NCBI GenBank assembly: GCA_037388465.1 | Contig: JARRKE010000014.1 | Span: forward strand, 19,848 to 83,847 | Length of the DNA: 64,000 nucleotides | Direction of reading: 5' to 3' | Source: Gammaproteobacteria bacterium | Lineage (GTDB): Bacteria; Pseudomonadota; Gammaproteobacteria; SpSt-1174 | Shown here: in pieces, positions 17,714 through 26,917 of the stretch | How the letters are laid out: every line of letters starts with the position of its first letter | How positions within the stretch are numbered: the stretch's first letter is position 1 | Notes under the pieces: generated by a model | Told to the model about the DNA's origin: nothing | What the model saw: only the letters and a program-made list of their open reading frames with translations | The model's database searches: none | Translations under genes and position numbers: made by a program

Positions 17714-18654
17714 CGAACCGTATACTCCTTCCCGGTCGGCCGCATGGGCCAATCCGAGTTGTGTACCTCACAATAGCTGCGCGCGAAGTTGAGCAGTTCC
17801 TCCATGGCACGCAGGCGGAATTTCTGCCGCTGGCGAACGAACGAAAACGGCCGTTCCAGCGGCGGATCCAACGGCACGCAGGTCAGGATACCGAGCTCGA
17901 GCTCCTTCTCGATCGTCGCCCGCGACAGGATCGACACGCCCATGCCGGCCTGCACCGCACCCTTGATCGCCTCCGAACTGCCGAGTTCCAGGCAGACGTG
18001 CAGAGCGTTGCGATCGCCGCCTTCATCGATAAGGCGTTCCAGAATAACCTCGCGGGTGCCGGAACCCTCTTCACGGCAGATGAAGGGATAGGTCGCCACC
18101 TCCTGCACCGTGACCTGCTGCTTGTCCGCCAGCGGATGATCCGGCGGCATGATCGCCACCAGCTGGTCGACGCGGCAGACCTCCACCAGCAGATGCTTGT
18201 TGGTGACCGGCGCCTCCACCACACCCAGATCGATGATGTTGTTTTCGACCATGGACACGATGCCTTCGGTGTTCGACACCTTGAGACGCAGGTTCACATC
18301 CGGGTAACGCGCCTTGAAATCGCCGAGCAGCGAGGGAAGCATGTATTCCGCGATGGTGGTGCTCGCCCCCATCGTCAAGGCACCGCTGATATCGCCGGTC
18401 ATCTCCCGCACCGAATTCTCCATCTCCGCATACAGCTCGAAGATGCGCTCGGCATGCTCGAACACGCTGCGCCCCGCGTCCGTGAGACTGACCCGGTTGT
18501 GGGTGCGGTCGAACAGCCGAGTGTTGAAGTGCTCCTCAAGCTGGCGGACCTGGAAGGTCACGGCCGGCTGGGTCATGTGCAAGGCTTCGGCCGCCTTGGT
18601 AAAGCTCAACAGGCGAGCAACGGTATAAAAGACCTGAAGGCGGCGGTCGGCCAT
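17710..18654 (-). CDS. LysR-family transcriptional regulator
   Basis: It has an N-terminal HTH (FTKAAEALHMTQPAVTFQVRQLE) and a LysR substrate-binding domain; 314 aa. Confidence 0.9.
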   Translation of the reverse strand: MADRRLQVFYTVARLLSFTKAAEALHMTQPAVTFQVRQLEEHFNTRLFDRTHNRVSLTDAGRSVFEHAERIFELYAEMENSVREMTGDISGALTMGASTTIAEYMLPSLLGDFKARYPDVNLRLKVSNTEGIVSMVENNIIDLGVVEAPVTNKHLLVEVCRVDQLVAIMPPDHPLADKQQVTVQEVATYPFICREEGSGTREVILERLIDEGGDRNALHVCLELGSSEAIKGAVQAGMGVSILSRATIEKELELGILTCVPLDPPLERPFSFVRQRQKFRLRAMEELLNFARSYCEVHNSDWPMRPTGKEYTVR

Positions 18655-18787
18655 ATAGGGAGTTCTGCTGGCGGATAAATTCAGTTGATGCGCAGTCTAG
18701 CAGCAAGCCCCGGGATACAAAACCACAGCGATACTGATAGTAAGCGCCGGTCGCGCCCGCATGGCGATTGCGCGACAATATCGAGTC

Positions 18788-19360
18788 ATGAGCGAAGCAT
18801 GGAAAAAACTCGACCTGGGCGGCGCCGGCCTGCAGACCCTGAACGCGGAGCTGACACGTCGCATGAAGCACAGCAAGGCGGCCTACGGGCTGGCAGTGCT
18901 GTTCCCGCTCGGCATTCACCGGTTTTATCTCGGCTCCGTGTTGGGCGGCCTGCTTTATCTGCTGCTGAGCACCGCCACCCTGATCTTCTGGTTCGGGACG
19001 CACAGCCCGTATGCCTGGCTGCCCTTCGGGGCGGAGGTCCTGTTGCTGATCTTCGACCTGTTCTGGATCGACCGGTACGTGGTGAAGTACAACAAGGCGC
19101 TGCGGGTCCACCAGTTCCTGCGTTCCGGCACGGAACCGCCAAAAGACTACCGGGGCCGTTACACGGACGACAACAGCGAGCTGGACGCATACATCCGCCA
19201 GAAGGAACGTGAGCGCGGCGGACATCAACCCGTGGGCGCCGACAGTGGGCCCGGTGAATCCGGAGACCGGCCGCCCTCCTTCAACGAACAGGAAGCGATG
19301 CTGCGCGAACTGATCCGCAGCAACAAAGGGCGCAAGCCCGGCGGCAAGGAAGACGACTAG
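18788..19360 (+). CDS. TM2-domain membrane protein with a charged C-terminal extension
   Basis: It carries the TM2 signature GIHRFYLG within two TM helices. The ATG at 18788 is the chosen start. Confidence 0.7.
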   Translation: MSEAWKKLDLGGAGLQTLNAELTRRMKHSKAAYGLAVLFPLGIHRFYLGSVLGGLLYLLLSTATLIFWFGTHSPYAWLPFGAEVLLLIFDLFWIDRYVVKYNKALRVHQFLRSGTEPPKDYRGRYTDDNSELDAYIRQKERERGGHQPVGADSGPGESGDRPPSFNEQEAMLRELIRSNKGRKPGGKEDD

Positions 19361-19440
19361 GCAATATTCCCCGCTTACGCACGGGGAACTCGGCTGTATC
19401 ATGCGTATCTGATATCCAGATACCGAATCACCGAAACATC

Positions 19441-21255
19441 ATGCAGCCCGGATCCGAACCGCAGTATTCCTCCCCCAAGCAAAAGGCCCGTTTCGACCGC
19501 GCCTTTTTTCGCGATGCCTGGCACCTGGCCAAGCCCTACTTCACCCATTCGGAGGAGCGCTGGGGCGCCAGGGGGCTGTTGCTGGTGATCATGGTTTTCA
19601 CCGTCGCCCAGGTCTACGTCGGACTGCGCATCACCAACTGGTACAACGCGTTCTGGAACGCCATGCAGCAGTACGACAAGGGCGCGTTCTGGCACCTGAT
19701 CGGCGTATTCACCATCCTGGCCCTGGTCAGCATCGTCCTTGGTGTGTACCAGACCTATATCACCCAGCTGCTGGACCTGCGCTGGCGCCGCTGGCTGACC
19801 CAGGAATATCTCACCCGCTACCTGCACGGGCGCGCCTACTATCACATGGAGGTCTTCAAGCGCGGCCAGGACAACCCGGACCAGCGTATCGCCGACGATC
19901 TGTCGTCGTTTTCCGCCATGACCACCAGCCTGTTCACCGGCATGCTGAACGCCGCCGCCAACCTGGTGGCCTTCATCGGCCTGCTGTGGGTGCTGTCCGA
20001 AAAGCTCATCATCCCCATCGGCGGCCACGACCAGAACTTCCCGGGGATCCTGGTGTGGGTCGCCCTGCTCTACTCGGTCGCGGGCACCTGGCTGGCCGCC
20101 AAGATCGGCAACCCGCTCATCGGCCTGAACTACCACCAAGAGCGGCTGCAGGCGGACTTTCGTTTTTCCCTGGTACGCCTGCGCGAGAACAGCGAAGCCG
20201 TGGCCTTCTACGGCGGCGAGGCACGCGAAAAGGCGAACTTCATGGACCGGTTCAACGCCGTGTTCGGCAACTACAAGCGGCTGATCCTGCGGCAAAAGGC
20301 CTTCAACTGGATGAACAGCTACTTCGGCCAGATCGCCATCATCCTGCCCATCCTGTTTCCGGCCATCGCCTATTTCGCCAAAAAGGTGAGCCTCGGCTAC
20401 ATCATGCAGGTCGGCGCCGCCTTCGCCCAGGTGCAGAATTCGTTCTCCTACCTGGCCAACAGCTACGACAGCCTGGCCAACTGGCACGCCGTGGTCGACC
20501 GGTTGCGCGGGTTCATGAACCTCATGGAGGAAGTGGAATCGCTGCAGTCCACGGAACACCAGTTGCGGCACCGGGAGGACGGCGGCATCGCGACCCGCGG
20601 CCTGACGCTTTACCTGCCCAAGGGGCAACCGATCATCCAGCGCCTGGATCTCGATGTCCAGGCGGGGGAACGGCTGCTGATCACCGGCCGTTCGGGCATC
20701 GGCAAAAGCACCCTGTTACGCGCGCTGGCCGGCCTGTGGCCCTTCGGTGACGGGGAAGTCGCACTGCCGCCGCGGGACGAAATGCTGTTCCTGCCGCAGA
20801 AACCCTATCTGCCGCTGGGCAGCCTGCGCACGGCGCTGCTTTACCCCCGTTCCGACCTCGCCACGGACGATCACACGATTCAACAGGCCCTGGAGGCGGT
20901 CGGAATGGGCGGCTTCGCCGAACTGCTCGGGGAGGTCCAGCCCTGGTCGCACGTGCTTTCCCTGGGGGAACAGCAACGTCTGGCCATGGCGCGGGTCCTG
21001 ATCACACGGCCGCGCTGGCTGTTCATGGACGAGGCCAGCTCCGCGCTGGACGAACCGACCGAGGCGCAGCTGTACCGGTTGATCGTCGAGGCCCTGCCAG
21101 AGGTCGCGATCGTGAGCGTGGGGCATCGCAGCACCCTGCTCGCCTATCACACCCGCCGCCTGCATCTGCTGGAAGGCGGGACGTGGGAAGCGGAAACGCT
21201 GGCCGAATCGGCGTCTATTCCCGGGTCGGCAAGCCCAGCCGTCGCAACGCCCTGA
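19441..21255 (+). CDS. Fused ABC transporter permease/ATP-binding protein of the SbmA/BacA-like (YddA-type) family
   Basis: The N-terminal SbmA/BacA-type TMD is followed by an NBD with Walker A (GRSGIGKST), the ABC signature (LSLGEQQRL) and Walker B (LFMDEASSALD); 604 aa. Confidence 0.8.
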   Translation: MQPGSEPQYSSPKQKARFDRAFFRDAWHLAKPYFTHSEERWGARGLLLVIMVFTVAQVYVGLRITNWYNAFWNAMQQYDKGAFWHLIGVFTILALVSIVLGVYQTYITQLLDLRWRRWLTQEYLTRYLHGRAYYHMEVFKRGQDNPDQRIADDLSSFSAMTTSLFTGMLNAAANLVAFIGLLWVLSEKLIIPIGGHDQNFPGILVWVALLYSVAGTWLAAKIGNPLIGLNYHQERLQADFRFSLVRLRENSEAVAFYGGEAREKANFMDRFNAVFGNYKRLILRQKAFNWMNSYFGQIAIILPILFPAIAYFAKKVSLGYIMQVGAAFAQVQNSFSYLANSYDSLANWHAVVDRLRGFMNLMEEVESLQSTEHQLRHREDGGIATRGLTLYLPKGQPIIQRLDLDVQAGERLLITGRSGIGKSTLLRALAGLWPFGDGEVALPPRDEMLFLPQKPYLPLGSLRTALLYPRSDLATDDHTIQQALEAVGMGGFAELLGEVQPWSHVLSLGEQQRLAMARVLITRPRWLFMDEASSALDEPTEAQLYRLIVEALPEVAIVSVGHRSTLLAYHTRRLHLLEGGTWEAETLAESASIPGSASPAVATP

Positions 21256-21769
21256 CCACGTCGGGCCGGTGGTCACTGCCGTAGGCCACGTTCAGGGCAC
21301 AGCGGCGGCGCGCCTCCGGCCAATACTGCAGCGACAGGCTCCAATCCAGACAGGCCTTCATGCCGTCATATACAGCTTGATAACCCGCACCGTCCTGAAG
21401 ATGGCGCTGGACAGTCGCCAGCAACTGGGCGTTCTTGCGGTTGTTGTAGTGAATCGGCGACCAGATCGAAAAGGCGACCGGCAGCATGGCCAATATCAGC
21501 ATCAGGCTCAGCAGTCGGCCACGACTGCCGCAGTATTGCAGGTACAGGTTCAGCCCCAGGGAAATGGCCGCCAAGCCGCCGGCAGTCAGTACCAGGGTCA
21601 CGGTCGGCGCGCTGGCTCCATCGGCGACCATCAAAAAGGCGTCCAGAGAACCATGTCCGATCACCAGCAATGCCACCAGCAGTGCCAACGAGATCAGCGC
21701 CAACACGGTGATCATCACCCGGGCCATGGACAGGCCGCCCCCCGTTTCCGCGACTCCTATGCTGGACAT
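21215..21769 (-). CDS. Hypothetical integral membrane protein
   Basis: It has four predicted hydrophobic helices and a GAGGAGG sequence 4-5 nt upstream of the ATG at 21769. Its 3' end overlaps the convergent ABC gene by 41 bp. Confidence 0.45.
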   Translation of the reverse strand: MSSIGVAETGGGLSMARVMITVLALISLALLVALLVIGHGSLDAFLMVADGASAPTVTLVLTAGGLAAISLGLNLYLQYCGSRGRLLSLMLILAMLPVAFSIWSPIHYNNRKNAQLLATVQRHLQDGAGYQAVYDGMKACLDWSLSLQYWPEARRRCALNVAYGSDHRPDVVRALRRLGLPTRE

Positions 21770-21904
21770 TAGCCCTCCTCGTCAATTCTCTTTGTCCTAG
21801 CGGCAAAGACCATTCACAGCGGTCTTAGTTCATTCCAGGGGCGGGAGAGGGCCGACAGGCGGTTGCCTGTATAATCCCCGGAAATAGTCGTCGGATCACA
21901 CCGG

Positions 21905-22237
21905 ATGGTCGCCAAACGTATTTATCGGGTCATCTTTCAGAACCAGGGCGAGGTCTATGAGCTCTATGCCCGCAAGGTGGATCAGGCAGGCATGTATGCC
22001 TTCGTGGAAGTCGAGGAGCTGATATTCGGGGAACGCTCACAGGTGCTCGTCGACCCCGCGGAAGAGCGCCTGAAAAGCGAGTTCGAGAACGTCAAACGCA
22101 CCTACATCCCCCTGCAGGCGGTCATCCGCATTGACGAGGTCGCCAAGGAAGGCCAGAACCGTATTCACAAGGCGAGTGGCGACGGGAAAATCGCCAACTT
22201 CCCGCCACCGCCCAAACCGCCGGGACGTTCCGAATAA
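21905..22237 (+). CDS. Small conserved cytoplasmic protein (DUF1820-like)
   Basis: 110 aa with an N-terminal KRIYRVIFQNQGEVYELYA. It resembles a conserved gammaproteobacterial small-protein family. The family name is from memory and is not verified. Confidence 0.5.
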   Translation: MVAKRIYRVIFQNQGEVYELYARKVDQAGMYAFVEVEELIFGERSQVLVDPAEERLKSEFENVKRTYIPLQAVIRIDEVAKEGQNRIHKASGDGKIANFPPPPKPPGRSE

Positions 22238-22293
22238 GCCGGAAAGTCGGATTCATTTGGGGCTTGCACGAAAAAACGGCAAGCCCGGGACAA

Positions 22294-22344
22294 TAAAAAA
22301 AGCCCGCTGTCGTATTCCACGAACAGCGGGCTTTTTTGTTTTCC
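22294..22344. terminator. Bidirectional rho-independent terminator (A-tract, agcccgctg-loop-cagcgggct, T-tract)
   Basis: A 9-bp GC stem flanked by an aaaaaaa tract upstream and a ttttttgtttt tract downstream. It lies between the convergent genes at 21905-22237 (+) and 22397-25684 (-). Confidence 0.75.
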
Positions 22345-22396
22345 TGCCGGATCGACGGCCGGACCCCGCCTCACGACGGCGCCCGGTGTTGCCTGC

Positions 22397-25300
22397 TCAG
22401 CCCCGTTCCAGCAGGGCGCGCTGCCACAGATAGTACAGCAGCGGGATCACCACCAGCGTCAGCAGGGTCGAGGCGAATGTGCCGAAGATCAGCGACACCG
22501 CCAGCCCACCGAACACCGGGTCGCCGACCATGACCGCCGAGCCGAACATGATAGCCAGGGCGGTCAGCAGGATCGGGCGGAAACGCACCGCCCCGGCCTC
22601 GATCACCGACTCCTTGAGGTCATAACCCTGCCTGCGGTAATCGAGGATGAAGTCGATCAACAGCAGGGAGTTGCGCACCACGATCCCCGCCAGGGCGATA
22701 AACCCGATCATCGACGTGGCGTTGAACGGCATATTGAACAGCCAGTGTCCCGGGAAGATACCGACCAGGGTCAGCGGAATGGCGCCCATCACGATCACCG
22801 GCAGCATGAAGGACTGGTAATAGGCCACCAGCAGCAGGTAGATGAACACCAGCGCCACGATAAAGGCCGCACCCAGGTCGCGGAACACGTCCAGCGTCAG
22901 ACGCATATCGCCGCCCCACAGCACCTGGTAGTGGGTGATGTCTTTCGGCTGCGCATCCTTGAAGCCCAGATTCGCCGTGGTGACATGCACCCCGTTGGGC
23001 AGGGTCTGGTTGTCCAGCATCTTGTTCAGGGCCAGCACCGCGTAGACCGGGCTCTGGTTGAGCATGTCGCCGGTTACGTACACCACCGGATGCTGGTCGC
23101 GATCCATGATCGGCTTGGCCTGATTGGAGGGAATGACCCGGATGATGCTGCCGAGCGGCACCTCCTTGCCCTGCGCATTGGTGATGGTCAGGTCACGGAT
23201 CTGCTGAATCCAGGCCCGATCCTTGCGCGCCAGACGCACGACGATGTCCACCGGCTCGGGGGCCCGCGCGGTGTGCAGGGTGCCGATCTTGGTCCCCACC
23301 ACGTAGTCGTGAATAATCTTCGCGACCTGGGCGGGCGCCACGCCGGACAGGATCGCCTTTTGCTGATTCACCTGAATCAGGTACTGGGGCACCGTCGCGG
23401 TCACGGAATCGTCGATGTTGATCATCCCGTAGACCTTTTCGAAATCCTGGCGGATCAGCGCTGCTGTCTCGCGCAGCTTGTCATAGTCGGGCCCGTAGAT
23501 CTCGGCCAGCACCTGCGACTGCACCGGCGGTCCCGGCGGGGTCTGGAACAGCTTGATGCGCGCCGTGGGGAACTCGGCCATCACCGGCTTGAGACTGTCG
23601 TACACCGCCGTGGCGACGTTATTGGTCTTGGGCCGATCGTGGCGGCTGACCAGGTTCACCCGGATCTGCGCCAGGTTGCTGCCCTGGCGGATGTTGTCGC
23701 CGCGCACCATGCCCGCAAAGGTCAGTGGTCCGGTGATGCCTACGAAGGTCTGATAGTCGGTGATGTACGGATTCCTGGACAGCACCTTGCCCACGGCGTC
23801 GGCGACGCGCGCGGTTTCGTTCAGCGCCGTGCCGGCCGGGGTGTCGACCTCGACCAGGAAGGTGTTGACGTTACCCATGGGGAGCATCTGCAGCGGCACG
23901 CCGAGCAGACTCACCGGACCGTTCACGCCGCCGGGGCGGATGAACTGCCAGGCCGGCTGCACCATGGACAGCAGCAGCAACCCGACCACCACACCGAAGA
24001 AGATGTTGCGTTTCTTGGCATCGCCCAGCAACGGCGTGATGACCTTCACGTAGCTGCGGTGCAGGATATCCTTCGGCTCGGCGTCCTTTTCTTCAAGCGT
24101 CGGCGTGGCCTGCGCCTCGTGCAGCATCGCCTTGCTCTTCAGCCAGCGATAGGCCGTCCACGGCACCACGATATAGGCCAGCACCAGCGACGCGATCATG
24201 GCCACCGGCACATTGATCGGAATCGGGCGCATGAACGGCCCCATCATGCCGGTCACGAAGGCCATGGGAACGAAGGCCAGGATCACCGCGATGGTGGCGA
24301 TATTGGTGGGATTGCCGATTTCGTTGGTCGCCGTGATCAGCAGGCTGCGGAAATCGGTGGTCCGGCTGTGATGCAGATGGCGATGGATGTTCTCGATCAC
24401 CACGATCGCCGCATCGACCAAAAGCCCCAGCGACAGAATCAACGCGAACAGCGAGATCCGGTTGATCGTCTGACCGATGATCCACCCCACGCCCAGCACC
24501 ACGAACAGGGTCAGAGGCACCGTGAGGGTGACGATGACCGCCTCGCGCCAGCCCAGGAAGAACAGCAGAATGAACATGACCACCGCGATGGCCACCACCA
24601 GGTGTTCCATCAGGGTGTTCACCGCATCGTCGGCACGCACCCCATAGTTGCGTGTTACGGTCACATTTACGCCTTCAGGCACCACCTCGCGCTCGAGGCG
24701 CTTCAGCTTGCCCAGCACCTCGTCGGCGACCACCACGGCATTGGTGCCGGCACGCTTGCCGATGGCCAGGGTCACCGCAGGCACCTGGTCACCCACGCGC
24801 TTGCCCTCCTTCGCCATGGCATGGCCGAAGGCAAAGGTCGAGAAACTGTCCTGATGAGCGGGACCTTCCTCGATGTGTGCGACGTTTTTCAGGTAAACGG
24901 GCCGTCCCTGCGGCGCCCCGATCACGATATTGCCCAGTTCCTCGACGTTACCGAACGCCGCGGTGACCCGCAGCGGCACCTCGCGGTTGGAATGGACCAG
25001 TTTGCCGGCGGGCAACACGACATTGGAGCCCTCCAGCATCTTGGTGACCTGATCCAGGCTGATGCCCACCGCCGCCAGCTTCTGCGGGTCGATCCAGACA
25101 TTGACCGCCTTGGGCTGGCCGCCGATCACCTTGCTGTCGCCGACGTTGGGGATGTTGCGCAGCTGGGCCAGCATGCGTTCGGCGATCTCGCGCAAGGCCA
25201 CGTTGCCGACCTGATGCGAGGACAGCGTCAGGGTCACGATCGGCACATCGGTGATGCCGATGCTCTTGACGATGGGCTGCATGGTGCCGGGCGGCAGCCG

Positions 25301-25684
25301 GTCCATGTTGCGCATGATCTGGTTGTAGAGGGTGACCAGGCTTTTCTCCTCGTCCGCCCCCACCTCGAACTGCACCGTGACCACGCCCATGTCGTTCAAG
25401 GCGTAGCCGAAGGTGTGCTTCACGCCCTTCAGGCTGGCCATCAAAGCCTCGAGCGGCTTGACCACCTGATTGCGGACCTCCAGCGGGCTGCTGCCCGGCC
25501 GCACGACGATAATCTGCGCCGCCGGCACCACGATCTCGGGGTTGTACAGGCGGGGCGTGACGGAAATGGCGAGCAGACCCCAGAGGGTCAGCGCCAGCAT
25601 GATCAATGCGGTGATCTTGGACTCGATAAAAGCGCGGGCGAGCTTACCCGCGCTGTTGAGCTTTTGATCTTCGCCGGCACTCAT
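22397..25684 (-). CDS. RND-family efflux transporter permease (AcrB/CzcA superfamily, 12-TM)
   Basis: 1095 aa with the characteristic two large periplasmic loops and TM clusters. It is the third gene of an outer-membrane-factor / periplasmic-adaptor / RND operon. The subfamily (heavy-metal versus multidrug) cannot be decided by eye. Confidence 0.9.
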   Translation of the reverse strand: MSAGEDQKLNSAGKLARAFIESKITALIMLALTLWGLLAISVTPRLYNPEIVVPAAQIIVVRPGSSPLEVRNQVVKPLEALMASLKGVKHTFGYALNDMGVVTVQFEVGADEEKSLVTLYNQIMRNMDRLPPGTMQPIVKSIGITDVPIVTLTLSSHQVGNVALREIAERMLAQLRNIPNVGDSKVIGGQPKAVNVWIDPQKLAAVGISLDQVTKMLEGSNVVLPAGKLVHSNREVPLRVTAAFGNVEELGNIVIGAPQGRPVYLKNVAHIEEGPAHQDSFSTFAFGHAMAKEGKRVGDQVPAVTLAIGKRAGTNAVVVADEVLGKLKRLEREVVPEGVNVTVTRNYGVRADDAVNTLMEHLVVAIAVVMFILLFFLGWREAVIVTLTVPLTLFVVLGVGWIIGQTINRISLFALILSLGLLVDAAIVVIENIHRHLHHSRTTDFRSLLITATNEIGNPTNIATIAVILAFVPMAFVTGMMGPFMRPIPINVPVAMIASLVLAYIVVPWTAYRWLKSKAMLHEAQATPTLEEKDAEPKDILHRSYVKVITPLLGDAKKRNIFFGVVVGLLLLSMVQPAWQFIRPGGVNGPVSLLGVPLQMLPMGNVNTFLVEVDTPAGTALNETARVADAVGKVLSRNPYITDYQTFVGITGPLTFAGMVRGDNIRQGSNLAQIRVNLVSRHDRPKTNNVATAVYDSLKPVMAEFPTARIKLFQTPPGPPVQSQVLAEIYGPDYDKLRETAALIRQDFEKVYGMINIDDSVTATVPQYLIQVNQQKAILSGVAPAQVAKIIHDYVVGTKIGTLHTARAPEPVDIVVRLARKDRAWIQQIRDLTITNAQGKEVPLGSIIRVIPSNQAKPIMDRDQHPVVYVTGDMLNQSPVYAVLALNKMLDNQTLPNGVHVTTANLGFKDAQPKDITHYQVLWGGDMRLTLDVFRDLGAAFIVALVFIYLLLVAYYQSFMLPVIVMGAIPLTLVGIFPGHWLFNMPFNATSMIGFIALAGIVVRNSLLLIDFILDYRRQGYDLKESVIEAGAVRFRPILLTALAIMFGSAVMVGDPVFGGLAVSLIFGTFASTLLTLVVIPLLYYLWQRALLERG

Positions 25685-26880
25685 GCGTTGCCTCCGTTGT
25701 TGTCATTCTTTTTTTCCGGGGACTGATCCTGCGGTTCGGCCGGCGGCGTCTGATCCTCGCCGGCGGGCGCCTGTTCCTGCGGCACGGTCTCGGTCTTGAC
25801 CGGCGTGCCGTTATCGAGCGGCGACGCGGACTTCAGCACCACCTGTTCGCCGGGCTGCAGGCCGGACAGTATCACCACGCCCTGCGGCAGCTGCTCGCCG
25901 AGACGCACCATGCGGAAGTAGCTGCGGTTGTCCTTGTCGACCACGAATACGCCCTGGATGCCGGCGCGCACGTGAATCGCGGACGCGGGCACGGTCACGC
26001 CCGACTCTTCGCCGACCTGCACATGCACGCGGGCGAATCCGCCGCTCGCCACCTGGGCGTTTTCGGGCAGGCCGATCTTGACCAGGTGCGTATGGGTCAC
26101 CGGATCGGCGGCGGTCACCATGCGCTCAACCGAACCCTCGATGCGCTGGATCTGCATATCGGGGCCATCGACCTCCACATCGAGCTTCTGGCCCAGCCAC
26201 ATGTGCTGGAAGACCTGACCATCCACCTGGACCTGAACCTGCAGGTGCTTGGGATTTTCCAGGGTCAACAGCGGGTGGCCCGGGGCGGCCAGCGTGCCGT
26301 CCTGCACCATCTTGCTCACCACGATACCGCTGAACGGCGCCCGGACCTCGGCATACTTGAGCTGCGACTGGGCCGTCTTCAACGCGGACATGGCCACCTC
26401 GTACTGGCTCTTGGCCACCTGATAACCGGTCTGGACCTTTTCGAACTCCTGTTTCGGAATCGCCTTCTGCTCGTACAGGTCCTTGAAGCGCCGATAGTTC
26501 GACTCGGCCTCGTCCAGGGCGGCCTTGGCCTGCGCAACCTGGGCGCGCGCCTGATTGATGCCGCCCTTGATGTCGGTGGGATCGATGTTCAGCAACACCT
26601 GGCCGGCCTCGACCGCCTGGCCTTCATGCACCTTCAGATCGCGCACGTAGCCCATCAGCCGGGAGGAAATCTGGACCTGGTCGGCCGGTACCACCGTGCC
26701 GGGCAACGAGGCGTAGATCGGCAGTTTCTGCGCATCGAGCGTCATGAGCTGGACCGCAACCGCCGGCCGGCCGGCCTCGGTCGCCTCCTTGTCGGACCCG
26801 CCGCAGGCGCTGAGCAGAACGGCGGTCATGGCGAATACAGCCACCGTCAGATATCGGATGGGGGAAATCTTGATGCTCAT
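25681..26880 (-). CDS. RND efflux periplasmic adaptor (membrane fusion protein, HlyD family) lipoprotein
   Basis: It has a lipobox (LLSACGG), a coiled-coil and a beta-barrel MFP architecture. It overlaps the RND gene by 4 bp. Confidence 0.9.
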   Translation of the reverse strand: MSIKISPIRYLTVAVFAMTAVLLSACGGSDKEATEAGRPAVAVQLMTLDAQKLPIYASLPGTVVPADQVQISSRLMGYVRDLKVHEGQAVEAGQVLLNIDPTDIKGGINQARAQVAQAKAALDEAESNYRRFKDLYEQKAIPKQEFEKVQTGYQVAKSQYEVAMSALKTAQSQLKYAEVRAPFSGIVVSKMVQDGTLAAPGHPLLTLENPKHLQVQVQVDGQVFQHMWLGQKLDVEVDGPDMQIQRIEGSVERMVTAADPVTHTHLVKIGLPENAQVASGGFARVHVQVGEESGVTVPASAIHVRAGIQGVFVVDKDNRSYFRMVRLGEQLPQGVVILSGLQPGEQVVLKSASPLDNGTPVKTETVPQEQAPAGEDQTPPAEPQDQSPEKKNDNNGGNA

Positions 26881-26917
26881 GGATTGTTACTCCTGGAGTT
26901 CTTTTCCTTGATAGGGG

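Noticed and set aside
22745-25726. 993-aa ORF antisense to the RND permease gene
   Set aside because: It is His/Arg/Gly/Asp-rich low-complexity antisense translation of a high-GC gene. The RND gene on the other strand is unambiguous.
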